A stretch of 62,996 nucleotides of DNA, the filler included, from Cercozoa sp. M6MM (taxonomy: Eukaryota; Protista; Endomyxa: Ascetosporea): assembly GCA_040357565.1 (NCBI GenBank). It is 7 parts of 7 records of this genome, joined end to end, with 100 filler letters (N's around TTAATTAATTAA, not from the genome) between each part and the next. Parts side by side here need not be neighbours in the genome. Positions count along the whole stretch, not along the records: positions 1 to 17,803 come from JBDODJ010000253.1; positions 17,904 to 23,878 come from JBDODJ010000817.1; positions 23,979 to 46,655 come from JBDODJ010000180.1; 4 more parts are not named here. The stretch is one strand, 5' to 3'. The translations under genes and the position numbers were made by a program. This document shows, piece after piece, positions 12,501 through 24,067 of this stretch. Positions within the stretch are counted from its first letter, which is position 1. The number at the start of each line of letters is the position of its first letter. The notes beneath the pieces were generated by a model that saw only the letters and a program-made list of their open reading frames with translations, was not told the origin of the DNA and did no database searches.

Positions 12501-15500
12501 TCGAGCTGCACAAGTGATACTCGACATGTGGCAGGCAAATCGAGCTCAAGTCCCTCCAGAGTTGTTACAGCAGACAGTGCAGCAGTTGCTCGAAATGGAC
12601 TTGCACAAAGACGCTGGCAGTCTTTTAGAACGCACTGGTGACACAGCGCAAGCGCTCACTGTGTTCGTGCAAGGCGACTGCTTCGAAGCTGCCTTATCAC
12701 TCGCACGTCGATGTGCGCCGCATCTTGTAGTTCAGGTAACCATGAAACCTGTGGCCCAAGTTCGTGATGCAATTTTTTTTTTTGAGCAGGTGGAACGACA
12801 GTACGCCGAGTATCTAGCACACAGACACCAGTGGAAGGAAGCATGTGCGCACTACATCGAAGCAGGCAACCGGCATGCGGCTGTCGACGCTGCGATTCAT
12901 GCACAGCAGACACAGCGCGCACTCCAGTTGCTGCGCAGTATGGACGTGTCACAAAGCGAGACGCGGAGTCTGTGCGTCCGCGTGACTGAGCAGCTGTTGG
13001 ACGAAGGCACTCCCAATTCTGTACAGGCTGCCGTGCAACTGCTGCATCAAGCAGGTGCCGCGCAGGAACTCATGTCAGCACTCGCACGGCGCCTCTGCGA
13101 AAGCAACAACATCGAAGACAGCTTTGCGTCGTTTGATCGCGAGTTGCGTCGTGTCTACGATGAGAAGCGAGTCAATGACATGTACACGCAGAGTGCGCGT
13201 TCTCTGGAGTCGGAACTCCACACACCTGCGCAATACAACGGCTCGGAGCGAGAGCACGTCGATGTGCGGTACTTAGTGGCTGAGCTCTTCCTCGTGGCTG
13301 CCAACGAAATCGACGAAGCCATTGCGATGCACAAGTAGACTCACTCTATCCCTTGTGTGCTGGAGATTCTCTCGTTCGTATGAATGGAATTGTAGGCGAG
13401 CTCATCACTTCGAACGTGTGATTGCTCTGGTGGGGAAGCATCGCCGCGAGTTGCTGGATGACACTCATCGACACCTGGCGCGGCAACTCCAACGCGAAGG
13501 CGACTTGCGCGGTGCCGAGCGGCATTTGGTGCGCGGTCATGCCTGGAAGACTGCTTTGCAGATGTACAGAGCGGCAGGTACTTTAACTGATACTGAGTAA
13601 CGTGCCTGTACACCGCGCGCACTGTAGGAGAATGGCAGTCGGCGCTTGACTTGGCCCAGAAACACGGAGGCGCGCAGGCCTACAAGCAGGTGGCCTTTGC
13701 GTGGGCTGTTCACTTGGCGCAACAGCAGCAACAGGACGCAGCACTGCGGCTGCTCATGCAACGTGGCCTGTTTGATGAGGCAGTTGATATGCTCTTGGGT
13801 GAGGTACTGTGGGACGCTCTTTCTCTTTGTTTTTGAATACTCTGTTCTAACAACGTTGCAGGGTGACTTCGAGGAGGCTCTCAGTGTGGCAAAGCGACAT
13901 GCCACGCACAAACTTCAGGATGTACACACGGCCCGGGGCATGCGACTCGAGGACGAAGGTCATTTTGAGGTAACATTCCGTCGTACCTTGTGTCGGTTCG
14001 AATCCAAGAAACGCATGTACGACGTATGTGGTTTCTTGTGAATGCAGGAAGCAAGTGAAGCGTTTGTGGCAGCAAACAAGGCGCAAGAAGCCGTGCAAAT
14101 GTTCTTGCACCAACGACGCTACGACGACGCTGCCAAAGTCGCTCGTGAATGCTGTGGTACATTTAAAACTCGCATCCCTGCTGACCTCGCTCGGCAAAAT
14201 GGGCCAAAAATACCCTGCTTTCCCAATAGATAAGGAGACATTGCAGCAGGTGCAACTGGCACACGCCGAGTACTGCGTTGAGCAACAACAATGGTCCACG
14301 GCAGAATCACTCTACGTGGCAGCCAATGACACCGACGCTGCTGTCGCCATGTACCGCCGTGCCGGACTCTACGGCGACGCCGAGCGAGTGGCACAACAAC
14401 ACGGCATTCGCACAGTCATTGAGAGCAACATCAACGACGTCACTGACTCCTCCGGATACGACACAGGAGCTATGTCGACCACGTGCGCCGATGCGAATGA
14501 GCTGCATTCGAAATTCAATCTGCTTGTGAAGCAGGTACAGTACAATAGCACCTCAATTTAGCTTTTAAGACACCTGACATATGACAATTCAGGAAAAGTT
14601 CAACGCAGCACTCGAGTGCTTCCTGAGTCAAGCGACAGCGCTGCTGCAAGCCGAGCGACGGCAGGACGTGGCTCTCATGGAGGAAGCAGCTCGTGTGGCC
14701 ACACAGTTCTGTGCGGGCAGACATATCGATACCGGCAGCGGGTATCCCCAATTGCACATTGTGTCTTGAGTTTACGTCCACGCATGCATGGCTGCAGTGA
14801 CACCGAAAGCGATGCAGTCACGCAGACAGCGGAAGTGTGCGCAGCTTTGTTTGTTCGCGCCGGTCAAACACACCGCGCCGCCGTCGCTCTGGTACACGCC
14901 ATGTGCACTGTATTCACTGTATACAAGTGTGTCGTTAGATATCTGCAAGGAAGGCTCGGCAAGCGGTGGAAGTGCTACTCAAGGCAGGCATGCGTCGAGA
15001 GGCGCAGCGATTAGCTGCGCGACACTGTCCAGACTTTGTGTTTGAACGCGTCGAAAGCTCCGAGGACACTCTCACACCGACACAGCGTGTGCTTGCACTG
15101 GCCGATGCAGTAAATTGCCCTTTTGTTTGTTCGTTTACCTGTAAGTCTGCGTTCACTCAGGGCGACTTTGACAACGCGTACTTTGAGGCATCTCAGCTCG
15201 AACTTCCGACTTCGGTGAGCGAGAAGATTGCGCTTCTACAGGCGAAGCAACAGGACACGCGACAGGCGCTTCAGACGCTTCTGCAGCGTGGTGCCACCGT
15301 CGATGCACTGCCTTTCTACGCCGATCTGTTGCGACATGTCCTGTTGGTAAGTTGCGCATTACTCTCGTTTATGCACTCACTTGTGAATCGCGAGAAATCA
15401 GTGTTTTTTCTGTCCAGACGGAAGAAGAAGCGACCGTGCAGTGGGATGCACGCGATCTCGCCCTGCGCGTGTTGGGCAAACAGGTAATCAAAGAGCTGAC

Positions 15501-16739
15501 TGCTGCGACAATGTCTTGTATCTGAAGTACACACTGTAGTTGCGTGCGCGTGGGTTGGACGAGCGTACAGAGCTGCCGCTGCTTTTTGGGGACGGCGCAG
15601 CCTTGCGTCGGTTGCGACGTGCCTTAGTATGGACTCCCACTTTGCCAACCTGTACTTTATAGATGTGTCCTTTCACACCTATAAATGTGTACATGTGTCC
15701 TTTTCAGGGCGATCCAGAGGCAGACGAAGACACGGTGGCGTTCGCTCTATCGGCGGACGTGAACGAAGCACGGCAGGTGGCCCGTGTGGCTTTACTCGGC
15801 ATGGCCTGCCATCTGACTGGCGTCTTTCTGCACTCGTGGAAGGCAGTGCAGCGCGGTGATGCCGATGCTTCCGTGGGTACCGTTGCTCTTGCACACAGCA
15901 ATACGATATGTTTCTTCAACTGAATGTGCGATCTGTAGTTGCCTTCAAGTCGGCGGTGTCACTACTGCGCTACCTGCCCGAGGTGCATGTCGAACGCGCA
16001 TTTTACCGCGCAGGACAAGCGGCACGAAAGGCAGCCGAAGCTGGTCACACAGAGGTGCTTTGTGCTTCTCTGTATGTTTGTTGTACTATGTGCTTATATG
16101 TCCATAAACTCAGGCCGAGGCGTGGGCCTTCCTGTGCTGCAACCGGTTCGTCGATCTGAGTGATTTGCGACTCGACGCGAGCGATGTCGAAGAACTCTCC
16201 GTCGACGGCGACGATGACTTTGCGAGTGCTGCGGATGTTCCGCCGGCAGCGGCGTGGCTTTCGACCTGGCACTCGCAGCCGCCTTGCGGCATCCCGCAGG
16301 AGGTACAGTACAGTAGTTTCCAGTAGTCAAAACTCGCTTGCTCGGCTTTTATTTTGCCTTCCTATTATCGCTCCTTGCGCTCAGGAAAGCGACGAAGTGC
16401 GCGAATGGCTGCTACAGCACGCCATGTCGACGCAAGCTGCGGAAACGACGCTGCCAAGCACGCCGTGCCGCAGCTGCGGACAAGCGCGCGCCACGAGTTC
16501 TTTCGTGTGCCCACACTGCGCCGCTGCCTCTGCCTCCGCAATGTGCTTGCTGACTGGGTGGCCACTCGACAGTCACAATGACACTGACGTGCACACGTGC
16601 CACCACTGTTTGCGCACTTGCAATGCCAAGGACCGTCAGTCGGCGCTCTCTGTGGTCCTCTTCTCTCAATCTCTGACCTACTTGTGCTGGGACGCTTCTC
16701 TTTGTGCAGTTCCGAACTTGCACCTGGTGCGCGACCTGA
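9513..16739 (+). CDS. IFT172: Intraflagellar transport protein 172 (WD40 N-terminus, TPR-like solenoid, Cys-rich C-terminus), multi-exon
   Basis: Motifs VTDLDWS, KKSISNKF, SAHADGTVLRYSF, SPHLVSVRL, VDWLELN, YAQWVPDADVVVA, EAIAMH, LEDEGHF, VERAFYRAG, NRFVDL and EVREWLL follow IFT172 in order. Confidence 0.92.
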
Positions 16740-17002
16740 ACTAGCTGCCAAACAATTATAGTGGTTTCATGAAGAGAAACTTGCGAACCCTGCGAAACGA
16801 TTGCAAGGGCAAAAAGACGTCAGATCAGTGACCACGACCTTCTTTGACCAGTAGCCACATTTAGCAACGCGGACTGATCGTAGCAAGCGACACACCTGAC
16901 GTGTGCACGTAGCTTAGCAAGTGCGCTATAGTCATTGTAATTGGTTTTAGGCGCGACAACAGCAAAAACGGCATTTTTGCGCTTCAAAAAGATACCAAAA
17001 AA

Positions 17003-17791
17003 ATGCAACGGGTGAGTTTTTCTTATTTGGACGTGGCTTGGCTTGTCAGATTGAACTTTTGCAACAGTGCGCGACTGCGCTTCGTTGGGCCAGAGTGCGT
17101 CGTGTTCAGGCGTTGCGGAATGTTCGTCAGTGGCGCCCGGTATCGCAGACCGTGGGCCGAGTAAACAAGTGTCCTGCCGGTACAGAGCATGAGCCCGTCC
17201 AAACTGAGTCCAGTTAGACCTGTGCTGCTTGTGTACGACTTGGACAGAGGAATTTGCCACTCGAGCCAACATGGACGCTTCGATGCGGGAGGACATCCAG
17301 GTACTGTAGAAAAAGAAAGAGCTGCAGGGCGGCTACAATAATACACGAGGTGTTTTAGGTCAACAAGTCGCTCGACGTGCCGGAGAACAAAGGCTCTGTG
17401 AAGGATAGGTTTATTCCCGTTTTGCCCCTTTTTATTCCATCTTACCCCTTTAACATCCTTGTACCCCCTGTACTTCCTACCCCGTGCAGCCAGCTGATCT
17501 GGGACCAGGTGAAGACGAACCTGGTGGCCAAGTATGGCGAGGAGGGCCTACAATTTCCCAAGGACATCATCTGGGTGGCCGGAGCACCGGGGGCTGGCAA
17601 GGGCCGCATGACCAAACTCATCATGAAGGAGAGGGTAGTCTACCCCCTGTTTACCCCCCTGTTTACCCCCTGTTTACCCCCCTGTTTACCCCCTGTTTAC
17701 CCCTGTCCTGTTTAACTAGGGATTCCATGGCAAGTGTCAGATCGAAGTTTCGTCGCTGCTGCAGTCGCCCGAGTGCATCGAGATGAAGCAG
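17003..17791 (+). CDS. Adenylate/nucleoside-monophosphate kinase, 5' part, with Arg-rich mitochondrial-type presequence (truncated by scaffold end)
   Basis: P-loop in LQFPKDIIWVAGAPGAGKGRMT, followed by IEVSSLLQSPEC. The N-terminal exons give MQRCATALRWARVRRVQALRNVRQWR. Confidence 0.8.
17641..17706 (+). repeat. Intronic tandem array (CTGTTTACCCCC-type, about 6 copies)
   Basis: Read directly; fills intron 17635-17719. Confidence 0.95.
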
Positions 17792-17803
17792 GTGATTTGT
17801 TTT

Positions 17804-17903
17804 NNNNNNNNNNNNNNNNNNNNNNNNNNNNNNNNNNNNNNNNNNNNTTAATTAATTAANNNNNNNNNNNNNNNNNNNNNNNNNNNNNNNNNNNNNNNNN
17901 NNN
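17804..17903. other. Artificial scaffold linker 44N-TTAATTAATTAA-44N; the same linker is at 23879-23978, 46656-46755, 49771-49870, 54787-54886 and 59076-59175
   Basis: The identical 100-bp structure occurs six times, and the 12-mer has stops in all six frames. Genes on either side are unrelated and truncated. Confidence 0.97.
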
Positions 17904-17954
<51 letters not shown>

Positions 17955-17976
17955 ATCTGTGTATGTGTTAATGTAG

Positions 17977-19206
17977 AGAGCAAGTTCGCCAAGGCGTACC
18001 GTGACGGCGCGCACAAGAGCACGTACTGGCAGTACTACGTGGAGGACACGCTGGACCTGGTGGCGCGACTGCCCGAGGTGGCCGCGCGCGTCTTCCGCAA
18101 CAAGTTCCGCGACGGCGAGATTATCGCGCCGGACCACTCGCTCGACTGTACTGCGACTTGGCTTTACCCCCCCCTTGTCCCTTTACATCCTAACCCTTCC
18201 GTGAACACAGGGGGCGCCAACTTCGCTCACATGCTCGGCTTTGACGAGCCGGAGTTCAAGGAGCTCATGCGTCTGTACCTGACGATCCACACGGACCACG
18301 AGGTACACATCGATCCACCGTACACGTGGACCGTTCAGTTGGATTGTACATTGATGTAATGATGCTGTAGGGTGGCAACGTGTCGGCTCACGCCACGCAC
18401 CTGGTCGGCTCGGCGCTGTCGGACCCGTACCTGTCGTTCGCGGCCGGTATGACCGGTTTGGCCGGCCCGCTGCACGGTACTGCAGTTCTTCACCATTACC
18501 CTCCACACCTCCCTCCCCCTGTACCTCTGGTTTTGCAGGCCTGGCGAACCAGGAGGTGCTGCGCTGGATCATGCAGTTCAAGCAGCGTTTCGGTGACACG
18601 ACGCCGTCCAACGAGGACATCAAGGAGGCCGTCTGGGACACGCTCAACAATGGTCAGGTCATCCCGGGATACGGCCACGCCGTCCTTCGGTAGCTTCTTA
18701 CCTCCCCCCCTTGTTACCGCTTACTCCACCCTCGTGCAGCAAGACGGACCCGCGTTACACTTGCCAGCGCGAATTCGCGCTGAAGCACATGCCGGAGGGT
18801 AGGCTGTTGTCATACTCCCAGCTCACCCAGTTGTTTACCCCCGCCCCTGAGCAGACGAGCTGTTTAAGCTGGTGAGCGGTCTCTACGAGGTCGTTCCGGG
18901 TGTGCTCACGGAGCACGGCAAGACGCAGAACCCGTGGCCCAACGTCGATGCGCACTCGGGCGTGCTGCTGCACCACTACAACTTCACCGAGTCGGACTAC
19001 TACACGGTACCTCCTTGTCTACCCATATCCCTAGACGTATCTTGGTATATTTACATGCATATGTGCAGGTGCTGTTCGGCGTGTCGCGTGCTCTCGGCGT
19101 GCTGTCGTCGCTCTGCATCGACCGCGCGCTCGGCTTCCCGATCGAGCGTCCCAAGTCGCTCACGATGGAGCTAATCAAGAAGCGCTTCGACGCCAAGCCC
19201 GAGTAG
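17977..19206 (+). CDS. CS: Citrate synthase, mitochondrial/eukaryotic type, 3' part (7 exons seen)
   Basis: Spliced motifs [53 protein letters not shown] and [10 protein letters not shown]. Confidence 0.97.
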
Positions 19207-19468
19207 AGCTCGACTCGGCCCGACTCCGCTCATGTTGTAGTACTGAATTGTGCCACCACCCTGCCCTGCCGTACGGCTACGGGTGACCTTTCATGTAAAT
19301 TACGCGCTCCTGTTACTAGCATGCATGTTTCTCCAGTACGATGTGAAAAAGAAAACCAAACTAAACTACTGGAGGGACGGACGATATCCGAAGACAGCCT
19401 AAACTGTACTAACACTATTCAGACGAACCTACAGCGGATATTATGCAGAGTGGATTTTCGGTAGCTCG

Positions 19469-21134
19469 CTACTGGGGAAGCACGAGGAGCTTGCCCTGTG
19501 TCGTGCCAGACAGCAAGTCCTCCTGCGCCTTAGCCACCTACACACACAGGCACACATTAATACGAGCGTACGAGTGGGTTCACAAGGACAAGGACGCACC
19601 TGGTCGAGCGAGCAGGTGCCACCGATGCGCACAGTGACAGCGCCGGACTGCAGCATGTCGAACACGGCCTTGGCACGCGTCCGCAGCGCCTCGTCCGTGG
19701 CGACATAGTGACGCTACCCAGACAAGGAGTTAAGTGGCTACAGGAGCGGCTACAGAACACAAAGCGGCTACAACACGCGCCTGTCCATTTTTGTACCAGC
19801 GAGGGACGCGTGAGTGTGATGCTGCCGGCACGCATGAGAGCGAGCGGCTCCACCGGCGGCACCTTGCCAGATGCGTTACCGAAAGTCTATCGAGGGGACA
19901 AAGGGGGTAAGGAAGTAAGGGGGGGGGGGGGGGGGGGGTAAGACTACCACGAGGTGGCCGAGCGGCCGCAGCGCCTTGAGCGACGTCTCGAAGGAGCTCT
20001 TGCCAACGCCATCAAAGACGACCGTGACGCCCTTATTAAAGGGGACACACACAGTATTTAAGGATGCGATACAGATTCAGGGTGCGTTAGTTAAAGGGGT
20101 GTATATACCTGACCCTGCGTGGCCTCGGCGATGGCGGCGTCGAGGTCGGCGACGTTCTTGTAGTCGACGACTGCGTCGGCGCCGAGCTCGCGCGCTGCCT
20201 CCGCCTTGGCCTAGGCACAAAGGGGGTAAAATGGGGTGGAGAGGTAGACACGTAGGGGGGCAAAGAAGTAGGGGGCAAGACAGCACACCGGTCCACCGGC
20301 GATGGCAACAACGCGTGCACCGAGGTTCTTGCACATCTGCACGAGCAGACCACCCGTGCCGCCGGCAGCCGCCCAGACGAGCACTCTGCACACACGGAGG
20401 TAAGACGTAAGAATGGGGTAAGAAGGGGTAAGAGGGGGGGGGGGTAAGAAGGGGGCAAAGAAGGCAATACGTAGACTCAGGTCCGACGTGGTGCGTGTCG
20501 TGGCACAGGTAGTGCGCCGTGAGACCCTGTAGCACCGACGCAGCCGCTGTCTCGTCCGACACCTGGTGCGAGGGGTGTGAAGGGGAAGAAACATGGGGGA
20601 GGGGAGGCAAGTGACAATACAGCATCCGGACACGGCAGAGCGCGCGCCGCCTTGACGCAGATCAGCTCGGCAAAGGCACCGCGCGGCACGAAAAAAGCCA
20701 CGCGGTCACCCACACTGAACAACAAGGAGGCCGGGTAAAGGCGTAAAGGGTAGAGGGGTAACAGGTGGACTAAGATGCAGCTACTTCAGAGTGTCGACGT
20801 CAGCACCAGTGGCAACAATCTCGCCGGCACCTTCCTTACCCAGGATGAGCTACATGCGCACACCTCCCATACACATGGATAATCACAAACTATACTATGG
20901 ACGTACGGGCAACTCTGACGGGTACAGACCCGAACGCATGTACGTGTCGATGAAGTTGACACCCGCAGCCTTGACCTTGACAAGCACCTCATCAGCGGCA
21001 GGCACCGGCTTGGCTACGGCAACAGAGACCCACTTTGCTGACGCAACACAAAAACAAACAACCAGCCTACCAACCTGCACGGTCTCGATCACGTCGAGAG
21101 CACCAAATTGACTAATTCGCGCGCAACGCATCAT
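19469..21134 (-). CDS. qor: NADPH:quinone oxidoreductase (zeta-crystallin/MDR family), about 11 exons
   Basis: Motifs AAGVNFIDTYMRSGLY, LGKEGAG, LQGLTAHYL, AAAGGTG, VFDGVGK, FGNASG and TTQGKLLVLP*. Confidence 0.93.
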
Positions 21135-21271
21135 CCTGCACACTTCCACTACGTTTAATTAGCAAAACCTGTTCCGTTCCAAGCAAAGTCTGTTTGAAGG
21201 TGCGTTGTACAACATTGACATTAACAGTGCGGCGCAGTACAGCATTTTGGTTGCCTTTATTGAGTGCTAGC

Positions 21272-22795
21272 ATGGCGCCGTGGAACGTTAATCACGCCGC
21301 CGTAGTTTTGGTGTGCACAGCTGCCTGTGTTCTGGCTGGCGTGGCCGTCCTGTCTCGGCGGAAGAAACAACGTCCGCGTGTACGCTGACCCAGCTTCATA
21401 CACGCGCTGTGGTCATCTGCAATTATGCCCTCTTTGGCAGGTATTTCTGCGCGGTGCGGACGTGTGGCAGCAGGTGCAACTGCAGTCGAAGCGTACACTG
21501 ACGCACAACACCCGTGAATTCGTGTTCGTGTTCCCCGAGAATGTGGTACGTTCCCTGCCTTCTTTACCCTCCGTGCCCTTCTGTGCATCCCTCCTAACAA
21601 GTCTATCTGTACAGCCATTTGGTCTGCCGGTGGGACGGCACATCCAGATTCGTCACGGCACGGACAAAAAGTGCGTGCGTTCGTACACGCCGGTCGAGTG
21701 CGGCAACGGCTATTTCAAGCTTGTAGCTTTGCCTTGCCTTTGATGTTGCAGTCACCTATTTCCCATTTCTGTTAATATCTCGTGTCCTTGGTTTCTGCAG
21801 GTGGCCAAGATCTACGAGCAGGGCGAAATGACGCAGTTTTTGGATGCGCTGAGCGAAGGCGACAAGATCACGTTGCGTGTACGGCTACCTACTCACTAGT
21901 CCTCCATCTTTCCCAAACTACCCCTCCTCACAACCTCTATGACAGGGCCCAACAGGTCGACACGAGTACCTGGGTGAGGGCACCTTCGGCATCGCCGGTC
22001 GAAAGCAAGACACGCTGCTGCACGCATCACGTTTTGCCTTGATTTCTGGTGGCACTGGACTGACGCCCATGCTGCAGGTATGCCCCCTCCCACACTGTTA
22101 CCGTCGCTTTCGACTGTACTGTATGATACGTGACTTGTTCCAGGTCATCTACGACGTGCTGAAACGGCGTGCGGAAGGCAGCGACAAGGAGCCAAAACTC
22201 TCGCTGCTGCAGGCACATTCGACACCGAAGGACGTCATTCTGCGCGAGGACATGGAGGTGTGTTGACCTCCGTACTAGCCTTGTTGCCTCACTTGATATC
22301 ACTATCCCTGGTACTTTTTTGTCTGTGTCAATGACAGGCACTGCAAGATGATGAGTCCAATGACGTCGAGGTCGTCCTGACCGCCAGTCGTTTTGACAGC
22401 GAGGAGGAACACAAAGTCTGGCCGCATGCTGTAGCCATTTGCTTCGTTTGCCATGTGCCTCCATACAAGTCACCGGGGGTTATTTGTCTTTCCTACAGGA
22501 GGGTCGAATCTCGGCCGAGATGCTGCAACCGCTCGTGCAGGGCCACAACGAGTACGTTAGGCCTGGCTGACCTGGGGGTGTGTCGACCCGCACTTTTTTC
22601 TCATTGAGTCAATTTAGTGACACGCTGGCGCTCGTGTGTGGCCCGCCGGGTTTCGTCAAGGCCGCCAAGCACGCGTTGCTGGAGGTACGTTGTTTTAGCT
22701 TTTGAATGTTTCTTCCCGTTGTTTGGTCTGTCAAACTTATGCCCATTTAAGCGCAGGAGCTCAAGATGCCGCGCAATCGTGTGCTCGTGTTCTGA
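21272..22795 (+). CDS. CYB5R: NADH-cytochrome b5 reductase with N-terminal membrane anchor (10 exons)
   Basis: Motifs GLPVGRHI, RSYTP, KIYEQGEMTQFL, GPTG, ISGGTGLTPMLQ, GRIS and CGPPGF, ending RVLVF*. Confidence 0.93.
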
Positions 22796-23235
22796 GAGAC
22801 TGCAGTCAGTCGCTTGAATTCAAACCTCAAGCTTTCACTTGATTGGTGGCTCTTTGACATGGTCGCCTGCATCACCGCACGTCCTGTCGATCCATCTTAG
22901 CTTCGCTCTCAACATTCGATTAACCCGGACGTACGACCGGCGTGCGCGATCGAACGATGCATGCACGGTACCAAACGGCCGGGAGAAAATAGTTGCCAGG
23001 TCCTACCTAGTACGTACCGAATATTACTAATATGTACTAGTACAAGTAAAACGTGTTATAAACGTCCAAAAAACGATGTCTAGCAGAGGTCAATTCTGGG
23101 CTAGTATGGGCCGATAGTAGTCGTATATTTGGACGAAACCCGGCCCAATTTGGGACATCTGAGGCGAAAATATATGAACACGTGATAGTAGCGAGATCCA
23201 AAAGAACGAATGCACCCGTGTGCACAGTCTATATA

Positions 23236-23820
23236 ATGTTCATTAGAGCGCTTGCAGACGATAACGACGAACCATGGGACGAGACGAAATCGAAGATCGG
23301 TGAGTGATTTTTTTACTACTGTTATAGCTTCCCTGAGAGCATTTTAGAGCCTTACAGCAGCCGCATTGACTGTGCTGAGTGTGTATCTGTGCTGCGGTAG
23401 TCGATGGCCTGGTTGCTGAGCTTCAACGTGCGCGTGCGCATCGTGAACTGCTCGACGCGACGCTTGCTGAACTCGCGCTCCATGGTGTCGCGCGACACGT
23501 AGGGATGGGTGAGCGTTCCCCTACGTCGTCCGTGCGTGTGGTCGACACGAGCGACAAGAGCGTGGACATACGTGTTGTCTTCGCGTGCAGCCACTTCTTC
23601 GTCGTCGTTCTTGAACGCGATGTGCGTCGCGTCACCGTTTTCGACTCTCTGTCGCAAGTGATGAGAGGAGCTTGGGAAGATGTCCTGGAGGTGCACGCTG
23701 CGCCCTTGCTCGACGGCGGGCATACTGAGTGGACGTTCCGTTGCGTGGTGGTGGAAGTGCAGTCGACGAATGAATGTCTTCTTCGTACCTTTTCGACTGC
23801 CGTAACTGCGGCGACTCGTG
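23236..23820 (+). CDS. Ulp1/SENP-like (peptidase C48) cysteine protease, partial (start uncertain, 3' end lost in gap)
   Basis: Catalytic order His-Asp-Gln-Cys in SHFFVVVL...VTVFDSL...VQSTNEC. Confidence 0.65.
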
Positions 23821-23824
23821 GTAC

Positions 23825-23878
<54 letters not shown>

Positions 23879-23978
23879 NNNNNNNNNNNNNNNNNNNNNN
23901 NNNNNNNNNNNNNNNNNNNNNNTTAATTAATTAANNNNNNNNNNNNNNNNNNNNNNNNNNNNNNNNNNNNNNNNNNNN

Positions 23979-24030
<52 letters not shown>

Positions 24031-24067
24031 GTGTGTGTGTGTGTGCTGTTTGTTTGGTGCAACACAG

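Noticed and set aside
13995-14005. GGTTCGAATCC B-box inside an IFT172 intron with a short inverted repeat
   Set aside because: No A-box or cloverleaf; an isolated match in a short intron.
9513-16739. Alternative genetic code or stop readthrough suggested by fragmented ORFs
   Set aside because: The interruptions I traced in conserved genes resolve with GT-AG introns, and TAA, TAG and TGA are each used as true stops.
17848-17859. Recurrent TTAATTAATTAA palindrome (six copies)
   Set aside because: Always centred in an identical 100-bp N block; it is an artificial six-frame-stop linker, not biology.
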